A stretch of 64,000 bases of DNA from Octopus vulgaris (GCA_951406725.2 OX597820.1:9424001-9488000), one strand, 5' to 3'. Counted from the stretch's first letter, positions 24,894 to 38,099 are shown. The notes: a model not told the origin generated them from the sequence alone. Program-made: numbers and translations.

Positions 24894-25719
24894 ACTACTT
24901 TTGGCTGTGTGGTAAGAAGTTTGCTTCTCAGCCACATGGTTCTTGGTTCATTCCCATTGTGTAGCATCTTGGGCAAGTTTCTTCTATAGTTTCAGGCCAA
25001 CGAAAGCCTTGTAAGTGGAGGCTTCTTTCAGTTTTCATCTGCCAAATCCTCTCACAAGGCTTTGGTAAACAGAAACTGAAAGAAGCCTGTCGTATATATA
25101 CTATGTGCGTTTGTTTTCTGCCATCGCTTGACAACTGGCGTTGGTTTGTTTACGTCCCCATAACTTAGCAGTTTGGCAAAAGAGACTGATAAAATAAGTA
25201 CCAGGCTTTGAAAAATCCTACTAAAAATTCTTCAAGGTAGTACCCCAGCATGGCCACAGTCTAATGACTGAAACAAATAAAAGATATAAGATAATTCACT
25301 AATAGGCGCAGGAGTGGCTGTGTGGTAAGTAGCTTGCTTCCCAACCACATTGTTCCAGGTTCAGTCCCACCGCATGGCACCTTGGGCAAGTGTCTTCTAC
25401 TGTAGTCTTGGGCCAACCAAAGCCTTGTGCGTGGATTTTGTAGACAGAAACTGAAAGAAGCCTGTTCCTCAAGAGAGACAGAGACAGGCAGAAACAAGGA
25501 AAATGCCCCTTGTATTTGAATACTATGCAAATATTCTTTTAAAAAACTTTTCATTTAATTTTTCCAAAATTTGATTCTTTTCCGTAACTAGAGTTGAAAA
25601 AGTCTCAATGACTGAAACCGGTACTAAAATGTTTTTTATGATAAAATAATTTTTGCAATTTCCTACCTTGACTTTTTTTCCTTACACATATCAACTCGTG
25701 TGTTCCTTTTCAACCTTCT

Positions 25720-25750
<31 letters not shown>

Positions 25751-25879
25751 GGATCATTTGTAAAAAACATAAATCCGAAAGGAGAAGCACACTCTAAGAT
25801 GTAGAGCAGTTAATATTAAAAATGGGATTAAGGTAATCCCATAAACTGGTCTTCCCCATTTTTAATATATATATATTGA

Positions 25880-26820
25880 TTGACTGCTAACTCCACAGGT
25901 TTCATGGAGATGGATAACAGGCCACCAAATAGCCAATGCTAGTGGCATATCCCATTAAGAGTTGAGAATATTCTGCACAATAAACTTGGCATGACGAAGG
26001 TTTCTTCTTGGTGGGTGCCATGTCTTCTAACACCTGATCAAAACCATACCTGGCTGATCACATCATGGGAGAGTCTGACATTGTTTGAGGCAGATCCAGC
26101 TGGTTTCCTTGAACATTTCCGAACCCAGGATGAGTGTTGGGTTTGTCGCTTTGAGCCAGAGACAAAGAGACGATCCATGCAATGGAAACACCCCTCCTCA
26201 TCTGTTCCAAAGAAGACCAAGGTCATTTCACCTGCAGGGAAGGTGACGACCTCAGTTTTTTGGGGACGCAAAAGGTATTGTGTTTATTGACCATCTTCAA
26301 AAGGGCCACACCATCAATGGAGAGTAGTATGTCAACTTACTGAGGCAGTTATGAAAGGCTGTCAAGACCAAACAGCCTGGGAAACTGACGAAAGGGGTCT
26401 TGTTTCATCGGGACAATGCTGCAGCACACACATCCCTTGGTCTGTATGGCTGTTGCAATTCTTTTTATTTGGCACCTAGGCCATGACACAGAGGGGACAG
26501 CACAAGGACAGACAGAACACCACAGTGGGGACAAAAAACATAACACAAATTAAAAATGGAAAAATGTACAATGAAATTGATGGTGATGAAACAGCTGCAT
26601 GCGCCCCATTCACATGTGGGACCTACCATTTGAACGTTCTTACTTTCAGTTTGTAATCTTTTTCTTCTTTCCTTATTTTTTCACGATTAGCATCGTTTTG
26701 TTTACTCTCCATGGTTGCTGTGTGTGACTATGGCTTTGAACTGGTTGATCACCCTTTCTATTCTGATTTGGCCCCATCAGACTATCATCCGTTCCCCAGC
26801 ATGAGAAAACACTTGGCTTC
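25880..26820 (+). pseudogene. Mariner (Tc1/mariner) transposase pseudogene
   Basis: KVSSWWVPCLLT (WVP motif), TQDECWV (first catalytic D), SPAGKVTTSVFW, GVLFHRDNA (second D) and HP.YSDLAPSDY; frameshifted and interrupted at about 26450-26705. Confidence 0.93.
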
Positions 26821-28670
26821 ACAGTGAGATACTTGTGGCTTGAAATCTGCAGTGTGGCAACTCAAGTTCATGTCCTACTACAGGAGATAACAACCGAGTC
26901 GGTGTGTTATTAGATATTTTAATAAACAATGAACTAAATAGGAAGTTTACAGTTATTTATGACACTTTGAACAAACATTTATCAAATTAAAGATTAATCT
27001 TAATGCAGAAAGATAAAGTCTCTTAGTTTCTTATTGACTCCTTCTCTCCTACTCTCACTCAATATAATGAGTCATATTACGAAGTGCACCATTCAGAACA
27101 GTATATAGCAGGGTTCATTGGAAATACACAGATAGTTGAAGCTTAGCAACAAGGTTGTAGAATATATTTTCCCCACCCCCGAACACTGCTTTTGCCTCTA
27201 CTTTTCTCTTGTGCTCCCCTTCATTCTGCCAATGGCACCCCTCCCCCCATTACTTATGTTTGTCTCTCAGTTTCCACACCTGTGTACCTCTGACCTCGTC
27301 TCTCACACTGTACATTAGGAAAGTCACATGGCCAGGTACATGGGCGACAAAGCTGAAACCTAATTGACACGGTACTTGCGAAGTTGCTGTTGGTATCTGT
27401 CGCAAGAGGTGAACAAAGAAAGGCATAGGGAACTGTGGTCAGACAAAGCATGGTCGGGGAATTGAAGGGGTCTGTTACAGAAACCAGTGTTATTCTTGCA
27501 CATTAAAGCCCATGAAACGGAAATCAACAAAGAAAAAAACTGGAGCAGTAGAGACACAGGTGTTCCTGTATGGTAAGAAGTTTGCTTGTCAAACACATGG
27601 TTCTGGGTTCAGTCCCACTGCGTGGCACCTTGGGCAAGTGTCTTCTACTATTGACTCAAGCCAACCAAAGTCTTTTGAACGGATTTGGTGTATGAACTTC
27701 TAAACAACGCAGCCCTGTCTGCACCTGCTGATAGCATTAACAATGATAATAAACGCTTTGCTCTGATATGCATGTGCATAATTACACCCATGTTGTTAAC
27801 TAAACACACAAACCTTGCATACCAGACTCTCCAATCCTTGTCACAAGAATATGCTTTCACTATCAGCATTACTATGCGTTTACGCAGCAGGGAGTTGCAC
27901 TTGTGTTTTAATCATCGTAGGATTATCATTAGTACACTAGTAGTAGTAGTAGTAGTGGTGGTGGTGGTGGTAGTTGCAGTGGTTGTGTTGTGGCCCACTT
28001 GAAAATTTTGATAACAACGTCCAGGGCAATTGATTCTAATGAGCTGGTAATTATAGTTCGTTTTAAATAAAGGGTTGGATGGGCGGTCATTAATTTTGAT
28101 AATGATTACAACTTGAAAACATTATCCATGATTATAAATATGTAATTTGTACTCCTTCTGTTTGTCTGTCTGTCTCTCACACACACACACTCTCTGTATA
28201 TATATATATATGTGTGTGTGTGTGTGCATGTATGTGTGTATATATATGTTTGTGTGTATATGTGTGTGTATATATATATGTATGTGTGTGTATGTGTATA
28301 TATATATATATGTATGTATGCATGTGTATTTATGTGTGTGTCTGTATGTGTGCATGTATGTATATATATATATATATATATGGCCAGATAACTGAAGAGA
28401 TGGTGGTGTGGATTTCCATAATTGTCACATATTATATTTACAAATAAATTCCTCTATTTACATAATATTGAGGTCTCTTTCTTTCTTTTGTTATCTTACT
28501 GTTTTTACCAATAGCACCCACTACACTCACGGAGTGGTTGGCGTTAGGAAGGGCATCCAGCCGTAGAAACACTGCCAGATCAGACTGGTGCCTGGTGCAG
28601 CCTTCTGGCTTCACAGTTGAACCGTCCAACCCATGCTAGCATGGAAAGCGGATGCTAAATGATGATGATG

Positions 28671-28697
<27 letters not shown>

Positions 28698-28703
<6 letters not shown>

Positions 28704-29240
28704 CATCATCATCGTTTAACGTCCGTTTTCCGTGCTAGCACGGGTTGGACGGTTCGACCGGGGTCTGGGGAGCCAGGGGCTGCCCCAGGCTCCAGTCTGA
28801 TCTGGCAGTGTTTCTACGGCTGGATGCCCTTCCTAACGCCAACCACTCCGCGAGTGTAGTGGGTGCTTTTTACGTGCCACCTGCACAGGTGCCAGAGGGG
28901 TCTGGCATCGGCCACGATCAGTTGGTGCTGGCATTGGTCACGTTCGGATGGTGCCTTTTATGTGCCACCGGCACAGAAGACAGTCGGGGCGGTGCTGGCA
29001 TCGGCCACGTTCGGATGTTGCTTTTTATGTGCCACCGGCACAGAAGCCATTCGAGGCGGGGTTGGCATCGGTCACGTTCGGATGTTGCTTTTTATGTGCC
29101 ACCGGCACAGAAACCATTCGAGGCGGGGTTGGCGTCAGTCACGTTCGGATGGTGCTTTTTATGTGCCACCGGCACAGAAGCCATTCGAGGCGGGGTTGGC
29201 AAGGCCACGTTCGGATGGTGCTTTTTATGTGTCACCGATA
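28698..29240 (-). mobile_element. RTE LINE 3' UTR with tandem ~60-bp units
   Basis: (cat)n tail, family C core, then about 6 units containing gcttttatgtgccaccggcacag; tail-to-tail with a plus-strand copy at 28512-28670. Confidence 0.88.
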
Positions 29241-29337
29241 TATATATATATACATATGCAAGAAGAAAAAGAAAATGGAGATTGGGAACTTAATAATTGT
29301 TTATTATTTGCAATATTTACCGAGTATTAATTGAAAC

Positions 29338-29542
29338 AGCACCGGGCGAAATGCTTAGCAGTATTTCGTCTGTCACTACGTTCTGAGTTCAAATTCCGCC
29401 GAGGTCGACTTTGCCTTTCATCCTTTCGGGGTCGATTAAATAAGTACCAGTTACGCACTGGGGTCGATGTAATCGACTTAATCCGTTTGTCTGTCCTTGT
29501 TTGTCCCCTCTATGTTTAGCTCCTTGTGGGCAATAAAGAAAT
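29338..29542 (+). mobile_element. SINE family B
   Basis: Matches the family B consensus through aataaagaaata. Confidence 0.88.
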
Positions 29543-29569
29543 AAAATAATATATGAATATAAACTATAT

Positions 29570-29604
<35 letters not shown>

Positions 29605-29609
<5 letters not shown>

Positions 29610-29822
29610 TTAAAGCAGCAGAAAATTCAACAAAACCTGTTACTCTGAGTTTCACGTTCCCGTTCGTCGGACAGCAAAAACTGTCCGACGAACGGGAACG
29701 TGAAACTCAGAGTAACAGGTTTTGTTGAATTTTCTGCTGCTTTAAATAAAGCATATTACTCTACCACTGGTATTTGAGTACTCTTTTTTCCACCTTGTTT
29801 CACATTTATGTGTTTACTCTGG
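29605..29822 (+). mobile_element. Penelope-like fold-back insert in (TA)n carrying a minimal hammerhead
   Basis: Arms 29605-29674 and 29681-29750 are perfect reverse complements; tail to 29822; (TA)n on both sides. Confidence 0.85.
29677..29723 (+). ncRNA. Minimal type I hammerhead ribozyme-like motif (U4C core variant)
   Basis: ctgt-CCGACGA-acg-ggaa-cgt-GAAA-ctc-a-gag-TA-acag: stem I ctgt/acag, stem II acg/cgt, stem III Actc/gagT, GUA triplet. Confidence 0.75.
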
Positions 29823-29937
29823 TATATATATATATATACCTATTATTTGAAGGAAATTAATTCCCCAAATATACTAGGTATTGAACCAGAATTTCGTTCG
29901 AAGAAACTATCTCTTTATGAGGTTAACACAACCTCTA

Positions 29938-29979
<42 letters not shown>

Positions 29980-30411
29980 AGCATAACTTAACATGTATAA
30001 GGAACCCTATTTTGTCAAAAATTAGGCTAAAAAAATATGGGACTTTCTTATACATGAATAGTATTATAATCCCTTAGAAAACCTTTTTTCCTTCTTTTAA
30101 GCCCCTAAAATTAAGGGGTTCCTTATACACGTTAAAATACAGTGTATGTGTGTCTCATATCTTTTACATGTTTCAGTCATTTAACTGCAGGTCATGCTGG
30201 GGCACCACCTTAAAGGGTTTTTGTCATATAAATTGACTCCAGAACTTTTTTAAAGGCTACTACTTATTCTATTAGTCTCTTTTGATTTTCTCTGTTTACA
30301 ACTGGAATATCCTATTTGATGCTTACCAACCATAGGCTGGAACCACAGGTTTATCCAACCCTACAGGCTGCCTACCTTTTCAAGTACCCTATTCCATTTG
30401 AATCCTTATTC

Positions 30412-30454
<43 letters not shown>

Positions 30455-30687
30455 TAAAAAACACCATCCGAGCGTGGCCGTCTGCCAGCCTCGTCTGGCA
30501 CCTGTGTCGGTGGCACATAAAATCACCCACTACACTCTCGGAGTGGTTGGCGTTAGGAAGGGCATCCAGCTGTAGAAACACTGCCACATCTGACTGGCCT
30601 GGTGCAGCCTTCGGGCTTCCCAGACCCCAGTTGAACCGTCCAACCCATGCTAGCATGGAAAGCGGACGTTAAACGATGATGATGATG

Positions 30688-31068
30688 ATATATATAAAGC
30701 TGAAGTTGTCTGTGTATGGCAGGTTTGGTAGCCTTCAACTAACACTATCTTCTCCGAGACCCTGCGGCGCAAGTTGACCGAAATTGAGAATATGATAAAA
30801 GAAGGCTTGCTCTTCATTCCGTAGGAGATAAAATTCAAATCAGACCATGTTAAAACCAAAAATTATTTACATCAAAAAGGTGCTTTTTTTCTATGAAAAT
30901 CCCTATTTGTTACGATTTTTTGACTGCTGTGTCAACATTTTTTGGTGTATTTCAACCAGAAAAATGTTGATTTAAAGAGAATAACAAGCTACATAATGCA
31001 AAAATTTTCAAAAATTCCAATTCTAAAGGGTAGAGACAAACCCGAGCAACACAGGGCGATACTGCTAG
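30688..31068 (+). mobile_element. Non-autonomous Helitron
   Basis: tatatatataaagctgaagttgtctgtg start; subterminal acccgagcaacacaggg hairpin and CTAG|T end. Confidence 0.7.
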
Positions 31069-31153
31069 TATATATATATATATATTAATAATATGACAAC
31101 AAAAGTATGAATAAGACCTCGATATTATGTAAAATAGAGGAACTTGTTTGACT

Positions 31154-31214
31154 TAAAAACTGATGAGATGCCAGAGCAAACTTCAGCCCCAGCATCTGAA
31201 ACTCTGAGTTTTAT
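31154..31214 (+). ncRNA. Hammerhead-like motif in a (TA)n-flanked insert (31085-31242)
   Basis: CTGATGA-gatgc...gcatc-t-GAAA-ctc-t-gag-TT; stem III nearly identical to the 29.7-kb motif; stem I weak. Confidence 0.6.
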
Positions 31215-31239
31215 TATGACAACCAACTAATTGTCACAT

Positions 31240-31280
<41 letters not shown>

Positions 31281-31629
31281 TTATACAGGCAAGGTAAGAA
31301 GCTTGCTTCCCAACCACATGGTTCTGGGTTCAGTCCCACTATATGGCACCTTGGGCAAGTGTCTTCTACTGTAGCTTCAGGCCGACCAAAGCCTTGTGAG
31401 TGGATTTCAGAAACTGAAAGAAGCCTGTCATGTATACATATGTGTGTGTGTTTGTATTTGTCCCCACCACCATTGCTTGACAACTAATGGTGGTGTGTTT
31501 ATGTCCCCATAGCTTAGCAGTTCAGCAAAAGAAACCGAAAGTAAGTTCTGGGGTCGATTTGCTCAACTAAAGGTGATGCTCCAGCATGGCCGTAGTCATC
31601 TGACTGAAACAAGTAAAAGAACAAAAGAA

Positions 31630-31955
31630 TATGTGTGTACATTCCTACGTAGGTCAAGCCATTACTTCTCTGCATTGGGAAGTCACAGCTCTGGTATTAC
31701 AAACATGTGATTAGAATGTTGTGGAAAAGAACCACAAGACAGATTCTTCAAGCTGAGCCAAATGGCAGGAGTTCAAAGGGTGGACAAAGAATAAGGTGCT
31801 TGCATAATATCCATAGTCTCATTTGGTTGTGCTTGGGAATCCATCTGGGGAGTGTAATGGCAGTTGCTTGTGATAGGATTCTAAAGGGGTGTCTGAGGAA
31901 TCTACTCCTATGACCCTCCAAGAAATAGTGGGTTGGAGAAGATGACCGGATGGAT
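31630..31955 (+). mobile_element. Old RTE/Expander-like LINE 3' fragment
   Basis: HVIRM...RQILQAEPNGRSSKGGQRIR-like translation, ending ggagaagatgaccggatggat. Confidence 0.6.
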
Positions 31956-32091
31956 ATATATATATGTATATATATAGATGGTGCTGGTGTGACCATGATG
32001 GTTAAGAAATCACACTTTTCAATTTCATGCTTTTGAGTTCAATTTCATTGCGTGCCACCTTAGGCAAGCACCTTTTATTATCATTCTAGGC

Positions 32092-32307
32092 CAGGGGTGG
32101 GCAAACTACGGCCCGCGGGCCGCATGCGGCCCGCCATAGGTTTTCATGCGGCCCACCGAGAGCTTTTATGAATCCCAACTTCTATGCAGATACTTCGTAA
32201 CTGTACGGTAATTCACAATATTTTCACTTGATTTTTATAAATGAGGCCCGCCAAGATTCCAAAAATGCACTGTGCGGCCCGCGATCAAAAAAGTTTGCCC
32301 ACCCCTG
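32092..32307 (+). mobile_element. hAT (Charlie-like) MITE
   Basis: TIRs caggggtgggcaaact / agtttgcccacccctg, internal gcggcccgc motifs, 8-bp TSD ttctaggc (32084-32091, 32308-32315). Confidence 0.93.
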
Positions 32308-32361
32308 TTCTAGGCCAATCAAGAATGTGTACAAGTCTATATATGGGAGAGTAGGTAGATT

Positions 32362-32884
32362 TACGAGGGTGAGTCAAAAAGTAATGCCATTTTGTTTAGG
32401 ACAGTTATAATTACCGGCACAGAAACATGTATCATACATCAAAATGAAGCTGGTCCTCTGTGGATCACATCCCTACTTCTCAACATAGTCACCGTTTCTC
32501 TCAATAGCAATGTTCCACCTTCAAATGAGAGCATAAAATTCTGTTGACTGTTCTTTGAGCCACTTCTTCACTACCTCGTCACTGGAATAATGTTTGCTTC
32601 TTAAACCTTCTTTCATGGGGCCGAAGAGATGATAGTCTGAAGGCGCTAAGTCTGGTGATTGTGGAGGTAGTGAAGAAGTGGCTCAAAGAACAGTCAACAG
32701 AATTTTACGGGGTAGGGATACATGCTCTCATTCGAAGGTGGAACATTGCTATTGAGAGAAATGTTGAGAAGTAGGGATGTGATCCACAGAGGACCACCTT
32801 CATTTTGATGCATGATACATGTTTCTGTGTTGGTAATTATACCTGTCCTAAACAAAATGGCATTACTTTTTGACTCACCCTCAA
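32362..32884. mobile_element. Mariner-derived fold-back MITE
   Basis: About 200-bp inverted arms starting tacgagggtgagtcaaaaagtaatgcc; the centre encodes PPQSPDLAPSDYHLFGPMKEGL on the minus strand. Confidence 0.9.
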
Positions 32885-34163
32885 ATGTAAAAAAAAATTG
32901 TGTATCCCAGCATCTGTCCTGTTCATATTCATTGCAACTCCTAAAATTGTGAAATATGGGTTTTGTTTTTTGTTCTTTTGAAAAAGTGCAAGTTTAACCC
33001 AGATCCTCTAATTGCAGCGTTTAGCTGTTTCCTTTTGAAAATCCCAGTGGTTGATATCTGCTCCATTTCTATGTAACAGAATCTTGATAACGATGCAATG
33101 CTAACTACGTGTTTTCCCTTAAAATCACAATCATTCTCATGTTTCATTTACCGACTAATGATAACGAATTACTGAAAATGATCTGTGTTATTTCCTTTCA
33201 TATGGGGCTAGAGTTACACTTGAATTACAGGTGCATTGAAATAGCCATCGATGTATTATACTTAATGTAGATACAACATTGATAGGCCAGTTACTGCAGT
33301 ATTTTTCCTGAGATAACATCTCTATCAGAGATAGGAAAAGCCATCCCAGCAGCAGCTAGCAAGGGTGCCAGTTGCATTTTGGCCTCTCTGGGCATTCTCA
33401 GTGGCACATTGCCAGCTCCTTCCAATCCGTCCAATCTTGGCCAGCATTGAAGAAGGACATGAAATGGTAGTGATGATGACGATGATGATGGTGCAGTTAG
33501 CCACATGCTCGGACAAGAATTCATCATCTGTTATATCTTTTATCATCATCATCATCGTTTAACGTCTGCCTTCCATGCTAGCATGGGTTAGATGATTTGA
33601 CTGAGGACTGGCGAACCAGATGGCCGCACCAGGCTCCAGTCCGATCTGGCGGAGTTTCTACAGCTGGATGCCCTTCCTAACGCCAACCACTCCGAGAGTG
33701 TAGCGGGTGCTTTTACGTGCCACCGGCACGGGGTCACTCAGGCGGCACTGGCAATGACCTCGCTTTCACTTGTTTCAGTTATTGGACTCTGGCCAAGCTG
33801 GGGCACTGCCTTGAAGAATTTTTTGATGAATGAATCAACCCCAGTAGTTATTTTTTTTTTTTACTGCTTGGCACTCGTTCTCTTTGTCTCTTTCGCCGAA
33901 CCGCTAATGCACATGGTTGTAAACACACCAACACCGGCTGTCAAGCAGTTGTGGGAGACAAACACAGACACAAAGGCACACATAAATATACGCATATATA
34001 TACGATAGGCTTCTTTCAGTTTCCGTCTACCAAATCCACTCACAGGGCTTTGGCCAGCCCAACACTATAGTAGAAGATACATGCCTAAGGTGCCATGAAG
34101 CGGGACTGAATCCAGAACCATGTGATTTGGAAGCAAGCTTCTTACCACAACCATGCGTGTACT

Positions 34164-34204
<41 letters not shown>

Positions 34205-34409
34205 CAGCATGGAAAGCAGACATTAAACAGTGATGATAATGATGATGGTACATACATACATATATATATATAATCATCATTTATTAGTCGTAAGACACTT
34301 GCTGTTTTTACCATTATTGCTTTTGTATTTCACGTTTTTGTATTTCATTATTGTTTTTTGTTTTTATATTCGTGTGGCACCGTCTGTTTTGCTGTCCCTG
34401 TGTTGGAGA

Positions 34410-35460
34410 GCCAGCAGTTGCACCAGGCTCCAATCGGCTCTATCAAGGTTTCAAAAGCTGGATGCCCTTCCTAACGGCAACCACTCTGAGAGTGTAGTGG
34501 GTGGTTTTTATGTGCCAGTGGCACGGGAGCCAGTCAGGGAGCACTGACATTGACCATGTTCGGATGGTGCTTTCTACATGCTGCCAGCACAGGAGCCGGT
34601 CAAAGGGCACTGGCATCAACCACATTCAGATGGTGCTTTTTAAGTGCCACTGGCATGGGGAGCCAGTCAGGCGGCACTTTCATCAACCCACGCTTGAATG
34701 GTGCTTATTACATGCTACTAGCACAGGTGCCAGTCAAGCAGCACTAGCATTTGCCACAACTTCGATTTCACTTGACTCAACAGGTCTTCTCAAGCACAGC
34801 GTGTTGCCCAGAAATTCAAGGGTACTTTTAAATGGGCTGGTCATGTGACACTGGTATAGGCCACAGCTGCGATCTCGCTTTACTTGCTGAGTCTTCTCAA
34901 TCACAGCATATCTCCAAAAGTCTCAGTCTCTTGTCATTGCCCCTGTGAGGCTCAATGTTTGAAGGTCATGCTTCACCATCTCATCCCATGTCTTCCTGGG
35001 TCTACCTCTTCCACATCTTCCACAGGTTTCTTTCACTGTTAGGGTGTGACATTTCTTCACACAGCTGTCCTCATCCTCATCCATATGCAGCATGACCATA
35101 CCAGCACAGTCGTTTCTCTTGCACACCACATCTGATGCTTCCTATGTCCAGTTTTTTTCTCAAGGCACTTACACTGTCATGTATGCACACTGACATTACA
35201 CATCCAGCGGATCATACTAACTTCCTTTCTTTCAAGCCTATGCATGTCCTCAACAGTCACGGCCCATGTTTCACTGTTGTGTAGCATGGCTGTTCACACA
35301 GAGACATCATATAGTCTACCTTTCACTCTGAGCAAGAAGCCCTTTGTTATCAGCAGAGGTAGGAGCTTTCTAAACTTTGCCCAGGCTATTCATATTCTAG
35401 TGACTATGCTCTCCATGCATCCACCCCCACTACAATACATTGCAAGAATATATTGGTGTT
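34410..35460 (-). pseudogene. RTE-clade LINE fragment: ORF C-terminal region plus 3' UTR (source of family C)
   Basis: AWAKFRKLLPLLITKGFLLRVKGRLYD...SETWAVTVEDMHRLE...RGRPRKTWDEMVKHDL, running directly into the tandem-unit 3' UTR. Confidence 0.9.
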
Positions 35461-35478
35461 CTCTTAAATGTTAACACA

Positions 35479-35850
35479 GGCGCAGGAGTGGCTGTGTGGT
35501 AAGTAGCTTGCTTACCAACCACATGGTCCTGGGTTCAGTCCCACTACGTGGCATCTTGGGCAAGTGTCTTCTGCTATAGCCTCGGGCTGACCAAAGCCTT
35601 GTGAGTGGATTTGGTAGACAGAAACTGGAAGAATCCCATTGTATATGTGTGTGTGTGTTTGTCCCTCCAACATCGCTTGACAACCAATGCTGGTGTGTTT
35701 ATGTCCCCCATAACTTAGCGGTTCGGCAAAAGAGACCGATAAAATAAATACTAGGCTTACAAAAGAATAAGCTTTGGGGTCGATTTGCTCGACTAAAAGC
35801 GCTGCTCCAGCATGGCCGCAATCAAATAACTGAAACAAATAAAATAAAAA
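35479..35850 (+). mobile_element. SINE family A
   Basis: Matches the consensus. Confidence 0.9.
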
Positions 35851-37651
35851 TAAAAAAAATAAATAATCTGTTATCTCCTCATTATGAGTTAGGATCTTCT
35901 CTGTAGATTCAAAACCATGAGGAGCCATTTTGGTCTTTCATGTGCTGCCCATTCTCTATATTCTGAGGCTGTCCAATTCCTCATATTACCTTCTATCGAC
36001 ATAATTCTTGGTTTCCCTCACTCCCTTTTTATCACATCTTCTATTACCAATCTCTTCTTTTCTCTCATATCCAAAATATCCTAATTGTCTTTCTTTGATC
36101 ATGTCCAGTAAAATTTTCTTAGTTTTTTGCCATTCTTAGTCCTTATTTCAGCATTGGTTTTGTGTTCTGTCAGCTCGTCAAATTCTCATACCTTAAAGGT
36201 TTGTCACCATCATCATTATTTCAATGTCCCCTTTTCCATGTTTGTGTGGGCCGGATGGAACTTGTTGAAGATTTCAATGTATCAGTTGTTATATATTTCT
36301 TTATTGCCCACAAGGGGCTAAACAAGAACAGACAAACGGATTAAGTTGATTACATCGACCCCAGTGCGTAACTGGTACTTTTTTAATCGACCCTGAAAGG
36401 ATGAAAGGCAAAGCCAACCTCGGTGGAATTTGAACTCAGAACATAACGACAGACAAAATACCGCTAAGCATTTCGCCCGCTCGCCGCCTTTATATAAGTT
36501 CTTATAATCTATTCATATCATTTAGAGTTGACACTGTGGAGAATAACCTTTCTTCCTTTGTTTTAGTAAACCATCCGGTTGGAATGTAACCAAGTAATAA
36601 TTTTATTCTCATATTTATATATTGCCATCCTACCACTGTAAACAACTTGTAGAGTTACCATATTTTTACCTGGTGCCAGTGCTACATAATAAAGCACCTA
36701 TGCCAGAAACATTTATAAAACGTCCATGCCGATTCTGTATAAAAAACTCCTGTGCTGGCACCTTGTAAAAACCACCCAGTACACTCTGCAAAATGGTTGG
36801 CGTTAAGAAGAGCATCCAGCCGTAGAAACCATTCTGAAATAGACTGAAGCCTGGTATAGCCCTCTGGCTTGCCAGCTCCTGTCAAATCGTCCAACCCATG
36901 CCAGCATGGAAAATTTGACGTCAAATGATGATGTCGTCATAGCAGTAAAAGACGCATGGGGTATATTAGACCCACCCCAATTCCAGCTGTGCATATGCAA
37001 GGGAAGAGTTTTTAGGGCATTGAACTTTATAGGAGACCCCAACTTCGCATGTGGAACAATGGGATGATTTCTCAAGACACTTTTTTGGAAAAAAGAGTGC
37101 GTCTTCATGCCACCTGATACCATGGTTTGGCACTTCATTGAGCCTTTTTTTTTCTTCCTTCCCTTTTTACCTACTTAATGCCAAGTCATCTCTGATCGAG
37201 CAAATTTGTCAAAAGCTTTCCACCCATGTCCATCCTTTTGTTTTGTATATCAGAAACTACACTGTATGACGATGAGGAGGATTTGGCTGTTATTACAGTG
37301 TGTGCCTGTACAGTGCCTAATATTTGCAAAAGTTGTGTTGCTAAATGTGCCATATTACCTAACTCGAAGATCGAACTTCAGTACTAAACTTAATGAACGT
37401 TTACACCCTGGTTCCGTTAATCCTCTAAAAAAAAAAAAAAAAAAAAAGCGATCCAGTTGTAGAATACTAAACCGACATGAGAAGTATAGAATCTTGTTTT
37501 CACCATACAAAAGGTCTCGGATTTATCGAGAAATAAACACGAGATGTTGTGAAATTCATGCCTGTTCCAAAGTTTATCAGTGCAACTGTAGTAGTTCCAA
37601 GCAGTATTCGAAGCTGCAGATTCGGATAGGTCTGGGATTACCTCTTAACTT

Positions 37652-38094
37652 GCCTTTTCGGTTTGAACGGCAGTTTTTTCTAGTGGTGTCATATGAAATT
37701 GTCACCCATAATTATGACCCTAGTATCGATCTATTGCATTTCAATCTGTTTTAGGGTTAGGGTTAGTGTTAGGGGTGGGGGGAAGGGTATCTTTTTTTTT
37801 CTTCAGAAATGTAAATAGACCCAATTTGTTTCTTAAACGAGGGACATATTCATACGGCGCAGAATGTTTTTTTTTTTTTTTACCTCAATAGACGCCATTG
37901 ATTGGTTGAAATTGCAGAAATTGAAGAAAAAAAACCCAACAAATATTTTACAAACTATAGAATTTTCTCAATAAAACCAAGAGAAAAAGATGCTTTTATA
38001 AACAGATTCTACCAGTATACGAAGTTTTAAAAGTGTTTAGTTAGGTGGAAATTATTTAAAAAAAAAAAAACTGCCGTTCAAACCGAAAAAGATC
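37652..38094 (+). mobile_element. Merlin-like MITE with internal (TTAGGG)-like tract
   Basis: TIRs cttttcggtttgaacggcagtttttt / aaaaactgccgttcaaaccgaaaaagatc; ttagggttagggttag at about 37751. Confidence 0.78.
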
Positions 38095-38099
38095 GTAAA

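Noticed and set aside
37751-37772. Interstitial telomere
   Set aside because: Only two to three TTAGGG units, and they are internal to a MITE also present at 22.9 kb.
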